Below, one piece after another: positions 1-10,464 of a DNA stretch of 64,000 nucleotides; within the stretch, counting starts at the first letter, position 1, and every line of letters starts with the position of its first letter. This DNA is from Paraspadella gotoi (lineage: Eukaryota; Animalia; Chaetognatha): contig CM119268.1 of the NCBI GenBank assembly GCA_051294375.1, positions 674,987 through 738,986 of the forward strand, written 5' to 3'. The notes under the pieces are model-generated. The model was given only the letters and a program-made list of their open reading frames with translations, was not told the DNA's origin and did no database searches. The position numbers were made by a program, and so were the translations under genes.

Positions 1-489
1 AATTTAAAACAAAATGAAGCATTCTCATAGAATTGTCCAAGGTCCAAAGCCTCATTGAGTAAAGCCGTCAGCTCATGATCACAAGTACCGGGTTCAATCC
101 CACCACGCCTTGGGGAGCGTGGAAAACCCCCAGGCCTGATACCAAGTCCCGTTCCATGGATGCTGGATGGGGTTGAGGAAGCTGCGGATAATCATGTTCG
201 GCCCATTTAGCACAACCTTTTTCTACCCGTTTCAATCTCATATCAATTAATAACAATTTATCAATATTTATCAATAGGTTTATCATTTTTCTTCCGATAT
301 TTCATCTCCGTGCGACGAAGACAAAGGATTCGACCTTGGCTGGTCTTCCTCTTCCTCCTCAGCGCCTCTTGTCTCGTTTTCTTTGGGTGAGTTTCTTGCA
401 AATGCGACTTACTCTCCTTTTGGATTAGGTGAGGTGAGACTCACCCTCAATCTAATGTAAAACGACTGAAACGCCCTTCTTGACATCAA

Positions 490-1101
490 ATTCGCGGTAA
501 CCTGCTGATCAGATAATTAATTTATTAATTAATTAATTAATTAATTAATTAATTAATTAATTAATTAATTAATTAATTAATTAATTAATTAATTAATTAA
601 TTAATTAATTAATTTTTTTTATTCATGTCAAAATCGTTTTCCACTTTGTCACAAAACAACAATCTTGATCCAAAAATTAATTAATTAATTAATTTCACAT
701 AATTAAAAATTAACTAATTACTTATTTATTAATAATTAATTAATGCAGTTTGAATTTACATTTAATAGAAGATTAATCATAATCAAATAGTGAAATAGAT
801 TGTTTTACAATTTTAACTCATTTCCTCTTGGACGATTCCATCGAAACTTTATTTCCTGCTCAATCACACACTTTCCTACCCACATACAAAATTTAAAATC
901 AATCGCCCCATTCACTCATGAGTAATTGGAGTTCATATATTGAAATTTTTTTTTCCCTTTAACTCATTTCCACTCGGACGATTCCATCAAAACTTAATTT
1001 CCAGCTCAATCACACACTTTCCTACCCACACACAAAATTTCATTCTAATCCATCTATCAAATCACTAGTAGTTGGTGTTTTTTGCTAAGGTGGGATGGAC
1101 T

Positions 1102-1160
<59 letters not shown>

Positions 1161-1315
1161 GGACGGACGGACATCATTTTTTTTACATAATTTATCATAA
1201 TTCGATGTTCTGACATGATATAAGTGAATGCACGACAAGATTGGGGGGGCGGACTGACGGACCGACAAAGTGAATTATAGAGCCTGAATCTGTTGTAAGC
1301 AGGTCCGACTAAAAA
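490..1315 (-). mobile_element. HINE/DINE-1-like element with (GACA)n and (TTAA)n tracts
   Basis: Same core as 9461-9790, 14618-15597 and 40100-40220. Confidence 0.7.
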
Positions 1316-1582
1316 CATCTAGCGTGAATTAAATCTGAATTAAATCTAAATTAAATCTAAATTAAATCTAAATTAAATCGGAATTAAATCTGAATTCAGA
1401 AATAAGTTCGCCCAGAATCGGCTCGCTCCTCCAAAGAAGATCCTTTGCTGGATTCTCACAGGACCGAAGAATCACAAGACTCGAGCCGCGTGAGTGACCG
1501 ACCGACTCGGACTTTAATACAGTGAAAAAATTATAAACAAATTTGATATTATGGTGGACTAAAATCCACCAACCGTTCATCA

Positions 1583-1655
1583 GCAGCCATTGGTGCCGGA
1601 GGCAAGTCATTTGCCTCCCAACCCAAAGGTCCGGGGTTCTAGCCCGGTGGCCGCC
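1583..1655 (+). other. tRNA-derived module inside the family A LTR (not a functional tRNA)
   Basis: GC(A/G)GCCA...TGGCCGC acceptor-like stem, CT-CCC-AA loop, AGGT variable region and CCGGG-GTTCTAG-CCCGG T-arm/B-box. The anticodon stem is degenerate. Confidence 0.7.
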
Positions 1656-1791
1656 TAGCAGTTAAGAGGGATGGGGCGCTTAACCCGCCTGTAACATGGT
1701 GTTACAGCCTGATCCGAAGCTCAGGGATTGTTTATATTGAATGGTTGTTTCACTAACATATAACAATAATTATTGTCTCTTCATTGGTGAG

Positions 1792-2403
1792 TAAGGCGTA
1801 GTGAAAGTTAAATACGAAAATTCTAAAAGTCAATTATGAACAACATACCATCAGTGAACATTAATTTGTAAAAAAAAATAATTTTATGTTTTTTAATATT
1901 CGCAGTAGGCCATATTTATACATAGTACTATCCTTATAAAATTGAAAAATTTCAAAATAAGCTTTTCTTATTTTTGATTGCAGATTTGAATTCCTCGTCA
2001 AAAGTTGATAAAAGAAAATATAAATCATTTTTAAAAGTTCTTTTATTAAGTGGGTTAAAAATTAAAAAAACTATATTTAATATATAAAAAGTTAATTTTC
2101 AGCTTAAAATATAGCTTTTTCTAATTTTTGACCCACTTAATGAAGGAATTTTTCAAAAAGAGTTATATTGCTTTTTATCAACTTTTTATAACGAATCCAA
2201 ATCTGCAAAAAAATCTTAGAAAAAACTGTTTTGAAATTTTAACATTTATTGGTTTAGTACTAGTATAAATATGGCCTACTGCGTAAATTGGAAAATTTAT
2301 TATAAATTGTTTTATTACATAAATGTTCATTAGTATAATGTTGTTCGTTCCTCACTTTTAGAATTTTAATTAAAGTTAAATTGAGAAATTTTACTACGCC
2401 TTA
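1792..2403. mobile_element. AT-rich MITE, TAAGGCGTAGT TIRs, 8-bp TSD (hAT-like)
   Basis: TTGGTGAG duplicated at 1784-1791 and 2404-2411, inserted in the TRIM PBS. Confidence 0.85.
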
Positions 2404-2743
2404 TTGGTGAGCCCAACTTCTAAACACAACAGCAACAACAGCAACAACAACACTTTCAGGCGACATGCCTCAACCTGGTGATGCACTTTCCACTAACAAC
2501 ACATCAGGCGACATGCCTCAACTTGATGATGAACTTTCCACCAACAACAACAATTCACTGAAGAGACGCAACAGACTTCTCCCTACGGGAGGGGGGATGT
2601 ATGGTGGACTAAAATCCACCAACCGTTCATCAGCGGCCATTGGTGCTGGAGGCAAGTCTTTCGCCTCCCAACCCAAAGGTCCGGGGTTTTAGCCCGGTGG
2701 CCGCCTAGCAGTTAAGAGGGACGAGGCACTTAACCCGCCTGTA

Positions 2744-3113
2744 GAGAAGTTCCGAGGCTCCACGCTTTGTGGTTGGCGTTCGTTGGTCGCCCGTCCAAAA
2801 AGAGGTTTTGACAAGAGTTTCGCTGACTAAATCTGTAGTAAAAGTACAACGCGAGGTCCCAAACGGTCCAAATGTCTATTCTTGGTCGTGACAAAATCGT
2901 AGCAAAAAGAGACAATCGTGACAATATCTAGTCGTGAAAACCCTTAAAAATAACGGTTTTTGGACGCACAACGTTGATTCAATAAATGGTTCTAAAACAA
3001 CTAAAATTCGGTCACCAAATTTCTAAAAGTTAATGTACGAAATGACCGGCGTTGAAAACGGACCGAGAGAGAAAAATATGACCAAAAAAGGTCAGGAGGC
3101 GAGTTTCTCTTCA
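2744..3113. mobile_element. 370-bp insertion with 9-bp target duplication (possibly Mutator-like)
   Basis: CCGCCTGTA at 2735-2743 and 3114-3122. Only short GAGAA/TTCTC terminal similarity. Confidence 0.55.
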
Positions 3114-3459
3114 CCGCCTGTAACACGGTGTTACAGCCTGATCCGAAGCTCAGGGACTGCTTACATTGAACGGTTCTGTCACTAACATATAACAATAATT
3201 ACTGTCTCTTCAATATCTAATATTTCGTTATCTTTAAACGCTCTACTGACCAACCAATGGACTGAGAGCTCGATTGACCGACCGATCAATGGACTGACCA
3301 ACCGACAGACTGAAAGATCAACAAACTGACTGACCAATTGATGGACTGACTCACTGACCAAAAACTTATTTGTATTATCTTTTTCAGGTAATTCGTAACG
3401 GCTAGAAAATATGAAATAACAATCATCCTATAGAACTTTATATCGACAATTGATCAATA

Positions 3460-4330
3460 TGATCCAATGTAACCTTAGATATTAATATGAATATGACCCA
3501 ATATAACCTTAGATATGAATATGAATATGATCCAATATAACTTTAGATATGAATATGAGTATGAATATGAATATGACCCAATATAACCTTAGATATGAAT
3601 ATGAATATAAATATGATCCAATAAAACCTTAGATATGATATGAATATGACCCAATATAACCTTAGATATGTATGGAATATGAATATGATCCAATATAACT
3701 TTAGATATGAATATAAGTATGAATATGAATATGACCCAATATAACCTTAGATATGAATATGAATATAAATATGATCCAATATAACCTTAGATATTGATAA
3801 TGATATGACCCAATATAACCTTAGATATGAATATGAATAAGAATATGAATATGACCCAATATAACCTTAGGTATAAATATGAATAGGACCCAATGTTACC
3901 TTAGATATGATTATGAATAATTGAATATTTTTATGAATATGACCCAATATGCCCAGATATGAATATGAATATAAATATGATCCAATATAACCTTAGATAT
4001 GAATATGAATATGACTCAATCTAACCTTAGATATGAATATGACCCAATATAACCTTAGATATGAATATGAATATAAATTTGAATATGACCCAATGTAACC
4101 TTAGATATGAATTTAAATATGACCCAATGTAACCTTAGATATGCATATGAATCTGAATATGACCCAATGTAACCTTAGATATGCAAATGAATATGACCCA
4201 ATATAACCTTAGATATGAATATGAATATAAATATGATCCAATATAACCTTAGATATGAATATGAATATGACTCGATCTAACCTTAGATATGAATATGAAT
4301 ATGACCCAATATAACCTTAGATATGAATAT
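3460..4330. repeat. AT-rich minisatellite (ATATGACCCAATATAACCTTAG + (ATATGA)n)
   Basis: About 20 variable-length tandem units. Confidence 0.9.
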
Positions 4331-4607
4331 TTCAAAGTGCAACAACGGATAGACTGACAGACAAACCAACTGATGAAAAAAAAGTGGATACTCTCTACCG
4401 AAATTGTAGTTTTATCAACTATCTGGGTCAGTTGGAAATCCGCGGAAATATTTTGCCTAACCCTCCTTGACCTTTCATCGCTATTCTATCCTGTCCCTAT
4501 CCCTATCACTATCTCTATCACTATTCCTTTCCCTATCACTATCTCTTTCCCTATCACTATCCATATCACTATCCCTTTCCCTATCCTATCACTATCCCGA
4601 TCCTTAG

Positions 4608-5129
4608 AGCCGTGAAGAAAACCTGGGGCCGTCGGTGTGACAAACTCATCTTCATGTCGAGCGTCGCCGACAAGAAGTTGGGCGCAGTGAAGCTGGAATC
4701 GGTCGCGGAAGGAAGGGAACACCTCTGGGAGAAGACGGTCGGAGCTTTGGAGGTTCACTGGGGTTCGATCTCGATGGAACAATCGTTGAATAGATTCGAT
4801 TATGATAAATCAATCAATCAAAGTTAGATGAAACTATGGTGGACTAAAATCCACCAACCGTTCATCAGCAAGACCACCAAAAAATAAAAACACAAAAAAC
4901 TTCCACCTCTAAAGTAAACACCTAAGGCGGTCGATCTCGAAAGAAAAAGCTTTTCCTCGTCTTGATGAATTTCGACACCGATAATCAAAGGAGACATTCT
5001 AGAAAAGAGAAAAGACGCCGGTTTTGGACAGAAGGCGCCGTCGGGGACGCCGGGAGAGATAGAGAGAACGGCGCCGTCTGAGTATCCATCATCACGCCAT
5101 CTTGGAAGAAAAGCGCCGGAAGTTGGAGT

Positions 5130-5179
<50 letters not shown>

Positions 5180-5489
5180 GGAGGAAAAGAGAGAGAAGAA
5201 GAGAGGAGAGAAAAGGAGTGAAAGAGGGCAGGGAAAGAAGAGAGTAAGAGAAAGAGTGAGAGGGAGACAGAGAGAGAGCAGAGAGAAAGAGAGTGAAGTG
5301 AGAGAGGGCAGGGATAGAACAGAGAGAGAGAAATGAGAGAGGCAGACAGAGAGAGCAGAGAAAAAGAGCAGAGGAGAGAGAGAGTCTCGGAATCGGCGAA
5401 GGGGCGTGGCCTGCGTTTCCGGTTTCCATGACGACGACGACCAAAGAGAAAACACAACTTTGGTGGCGGAAAATCGGTTGAGAGAGAGA

Positions 5490-5562
<73 letters not shown>

Positions 5563-5909
5563 ACACACACCTATTTGAGTATGAAATCTAGTTTGTAGAG
5601 AGAGGCGAGTCCCTTCTTAACTGGAGAATATTTGCAACCTATGTGAAGCCGTGCATCCACAATGCAATTTGCATATTACAGTATTGTCATATTATTTGCT
5701 TCTAATGTTCTCAATGGGAAGATTTAACGACAAACTGCTGTCATACTGTCAGTAAATAAAAAAAAATACTACAATAAGAAAAAAAAATAATTTAACTATA
5801 GCAACAACATCTATAACAACAACACCAAACAACAACAATAAGAAGAGCGACCCTCTCCAAACGAGGTGATGTGAATTGGAACGCGACAACTTTTCTCTGC
5901 GGTGGGAGT

Positions 5910-5956
<47 letters not shown>

Positions 5957-8900
5957 GCTCTGGACGTCTCAAGTGCAGTTGAAAGAAAGGAAAGAAAGGA
6001 AAAACTCTCAAAGACTTTAGAAATCCTATGTTTGCTTATTTATTTATTTAATTTATCTATTCATTAATTTATTGATTACTTTATTTGTTAATTATTGTTG
6101 TTTTTATCTATTCAAACGATGTGCGATTTTCATTCTCTAACGGACATATTTATTAATATTATTAATCTACAATTTCTTCCTTCCTTTATCCCCCTCTGTC
6201 CATCCGTCCGCCCGCCCGTCCGTCCGTTCGTCCGGTTTTTTTCACGATCTAAGATTTTTCTTCTCTTCAACTTCGTTTATAACTATTTTCTCATCAAGTA
6301 GACGACGACGACGACGACGACGACGACAACGATTCTGAAGAGGCTTTTCCATCTCGCCTCTCGGGTTAATGCAATGGCGGGCTTTCACGGCCGCCGCCGC
6401 CGCCGCCGCCCGCGCGCCGCCGACGCCCGCCGCCGCCGACGCCCGCCGCCGCTCTTTTTAACGACCAACGTTTTCGATTTTCCATTTTTTTTTAATTCAT
6501 AAAAAAAAATGAAATAAAAATCGTTAAGAAGAAGAAAAAGAAATGGCGAAAGTTGTTTGTTGTTGTTGTTTTTATCTTTCATTGAACTTTCTTTTCTAAA
6601 AAACGCTCCTTTTCTTTCCTTTATTCCGGATTTCATTTTAATCTTTAATATTAACAGCTCTCTTCCTGCAGAGTGCCCCATTAGCCCAGGGTTTTTAAAT
6701 TTAACTTTTGTATAACATTAAAATGTTTTTTTTAAACTTATAACACCAATCTAAAACCCTAATCCAATCCAAAACCATAATCCTAATCCTTATCCTAATC
6801 CTAAACCTTAACACTAAACTTGTGGAATAAAGCGCTACGTGGGCTGATGAAGATGACTGTCCGTAACTTTTATAACCCCCTCTAACATCCATGAACGGGG
6901 TCCCAAGGCTTGGAACCAAGCTTGAGGGTTTTGCCAACCCCCAAAGCGGCTTAAAAAACCGTCCTTCACGCTTCCGCAGGTGGTAGGCTACCGGGTAAGA
7001 TTGAACCGGTACCTAATGGTCATGAACTGATAGCTCTCAATGAGCCACCGGGTCACAATGAAAGAGTATGATTCTAGGCGGGGTGAACCTCGGGCAATGG
7101 CCCTGACTAAAACTGTTTTTTCCGTTTCCTTAACCCCTAAACATTAATCAATAACCTATTCTAACCCTAATTCACAAACTATATCCCTAATATTAAATCA
7201 ATAACATAAAACCCTTATAATTTAACCTTAAATCTATCTTTAACTTAGAAAAAAAAATAACCAAATCCGAATTTAACATTAAAATGATGTTCTGGNNNNN
7301 NNNNNNNNNNNNNNNNNNNNGGCCATTGGTGCCGGAGGCAAGTCATTTGCCTCCCAACCCAAAGGTCCGGGGTTCTAGCCCGGTGGCCGCCTAGCAGTTA
7401 AGAGGGACGGGGCGCTTAACCCGCCTGTAACACGGTGTTACAGCCTGATCCGAAGCTCAGGGACTGCTCATAATGAACGGTTGTGTCACTAATACATAAC
7501 AATAATTACTGTCTCTTCAAAACAATCATTGAATAAATCAATTCAACAATTCATTCCAGAACTAAATGAACAAATCAATAAAATTTGGTAAATCTGTGGT
7601 CGCGCATTGCGGTAAGTTTGCCCCGACTTTAAACATGACTCCTTCAGTCGTGACCCGGTGGCTCATTGTCTATTAGACTATTAGACTTGTCTAATACCAT
7701 CAGCTCATATCAGTAAGTAGACAGGGATTTCAACATGAAACCAAAGTGGAATTTATTTCAGTATATGAATAAGCGCTTGGTAGTTGGTAGTTCGTCCAAT
7801 GAGAGGGTGGAATCCGGCTTCCGGCGGATTCTACTCGAGTCACGTATCCGATTCTATTTTTGATTCTGATTCGATCTATGAGGAGCTCATGATCATCGGG
7901 TACCGGGAACAATCCCCAATGGTAACTAACTTGCAGGAAGCGTGAGAACGGCCGTGAACCACCTTAAACCCTCAAGCCTGATTCAAAGCCCAGGACTCGT
8001 TCCATGGCTGCGAGATGGGGTTAAAGAAGTTGCGAGGTGTAGTAAGGCGTAGTAAAATTCCTAAGTTTAACTTTAATTAAAATTCTAAAAGTGAGGAACG
8101 AACAACATTATACTTATGAACATTTATGTGTAAAAAAAATTTATAATAAATTTTACAATTTATACAGTAGGCCATATTTATACTAGTTCTAAACCAATAA
8201 ATTTTAAAATTTTAAAACAGTTTTTTCTAAGATTTTTTTTGCAGATTTGGATTTGTCATAAAAAGTTGATAAAAAGAAATATAACTCTTTTTGAAAAATT
8301 CCTTCATTAAGTGGGTCAAAAATTAGACAAAGCTATATTTTAAACTGAAAATTAACTTTTTATATATTAAATATAGTTTTTTTAATTGTTAACCCACTTA
8401 ATGAAAGAATTTTTAAAAATGAATTATATTTTCTTTCATCAACTTTTGACGAGGAATTCAAATCTGCAATCAAAATTAAGAAAAGCCTATTTTGAAATTT
8501 TTTGATTTTATAAGGATAGTACTATATATAAATATAGCCTACTGCGAAATTAAAAAACATAAAATTAATTTTTTTACAAATTAATGTTCACTGATGGTAT
8601 GTTGTTCATAATTGACTTTTAAAATTTTCGTATGTAACTTTCACTACGCCTTACTCTTCAGCCCACTTAGCGCCTTATCCACAAATCGGTCAAATTATTT
8701 CATTTAACAAACCAGTTATTAATCAATATGAGTAGTGAGTGATATTTTTTTTCTCTCTCTCTCTCTTTCAGTTCATCCATCTCAACTTTCTGGACAAGTT
8801 CGACTTCTTTCTCAAGGCAGACGACGACACTTACGTAATCGTCAAAAATCTTCGTCTTTTTCTCAAAAATGTCTCCGCGGAAGATCCGGTCTACTTTGGA

Positions 8901-9945
8901 AGAAAATTTCGGCCTCACGTGAAACAGGTGATCGAGAGATTCTGTCTTTCTGACCTAAGGTAACTGAGAGAATGTCTTTGTGAAACGTGAAACAGATGAG
9001 TGAGAGAATATGTCTCTCTTTTCTGGCCTCACGTGAAACAGGTGATCGAGAGATTCTGTCTTTCTGACCCAAGGTAACTGAGAGAATGTCTTTGTGAAAC
9101 ATGAAACAGATGAGTGAGAGAATATGTCTCTCTCTTCTGGCCTCACGTGAAACAGGTGATCGAGAAATTGTCTTTCTGACCTAAGGTAACTGAGAGAATG
9201 TCTTTGTGAAACATGAAACAGGTGAGTGAGAGAATATGTCTTCTCTCTGGCCTCACGTGAAAAAGGTGAGTGAGAGATTCTGTCCTTATTGGCACGAATG
9301 ATCGCCAGAAACAGACGGCGATACGAAAGTCGACTTCTCTCCCGACCGAGGAAAAAGAGCATCGTCTAGACTTTACAGCTGATGGAGAGATTCTCTCTTT
9401 TTGTTTCTAATGACCCCATGAGAATCGGGCCTCGTGTTAAATCATTACTCCAAATTCCTTTTTTAGTCGGATCTGCTTTCAGCAGATCCCGACTCTATAA
9501 TTCACTTTGTCGGGCATTCACTTATATCATGTCAGAACATCGAATTATGATAAATTATGCAAAAAAAATTATGTCCGTCCGTCCGTCTGTCTGTCCGTCC
9601 GTCCGTCAGTCCGTCCGTCCCACTTTAGCCAAAAACACCAATTATTCGTGATTGGATGGATGGATTGGAATGAAATTTTGTGTGTGGATAGGAAGTGTGT
9701 GATTGAGCTGGATATGAAGTTTCGATGGAATCGTCCAAGTGGAAATGAATTTAAATGGAAAAAACAAAAAATATATTTCACTATTTGAACCCTCCTCGTT
9801 TTTAAAGTCATCAAGAACAGGTTTCCAAACGTCTGTCTTCACATAGGATCCAAGATCGTCATTAAGTCCACGTCCTTTGTGACTGTTCTTGATGACATTA
9901 AAAACGAGGAGGGGCGGGGGGGTGGAGGGATTAATCCCTGATTTT

Positions 9946-10025
<80 letters not shown>

Positions 10026-10418
10026 TTTTTTGCTCTGTTAACTTACTAATTTGGCCCTGAAGATGATCTGTCCAATGGATCGAAATATTGGTCATAAATA
10101 AAAATACTGTACCTGTACTCCCATGTGTAATCTCTATCTAATTCATTATCTCGGTACATGCGTTGACTCTCAAAGAATAACTAATTCTATTCGAAATATA
10201 AACAAATAATTAAATACCAAAAATGGAGGAAAACTAAATATGATTTTTTCGCCATTTTTCATTTGAAGTCTTCAAGTTTTTTAATAGATATCCTTTATTA
10301 AAAATGTATATACTTTTTTCTAAATAGTATATGTTATATATATATATATATTATATAATATCCTCAGTTGTGCTCCGGTTTGGTCTTAACATAAAGTATT
10401 ATTTCAATTTTATTCATT

Positions 10419-10464
<46 letters not shown>

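Larger units (their letters stand above)
1550..3212 (+). mobile_element. Complete non-autonomous miniature LTR retrotransposon (TRIM) with a tRNA-like module in its LTRs (Helenus-like), family A
   Basis: 5' LTR 1550-1783, PBS-like TGGTGAGCCC, ~200-bp non-coding interior, PPT GGGAGGGGGGA 2587-2597, 3' LTR 2600-3212. ATAT duplicated at 1546-1549 and 3213-3216. Two later insertions (1792-2403, 2744-3113). Confidence 0.85.

Noticed and set aside
285-500. Missing SYT14 C2B exons
   Set aside because: Translations (e.g. VTANLMSRRAFQSFYIRLR) do not resemble C2B. They may be the end of another gene, but this cannot be supported.
1583-1655. Functional tRNA-Gly gene or classical tRNA-SINE
   Set aside because: The anticodon stem is broken, and the module is internal to an element with fixed ends, PBS/PPT and 4-bp TSDs.
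3460-4330. CRISPR-like array (constant repeat with variable spacers)
   Set aside because: The spacers are only (ATATGA)n length variants, the context is eukaryotic, and there are no cas genes.
4824-5591. Long ORFs on the minus strand (similar ones at 56924-58742)
   Set aside because: They stay open through (GA)n and (GAC)n microsatellites and show no recognisable domain. A small real exon cannot be excluded.
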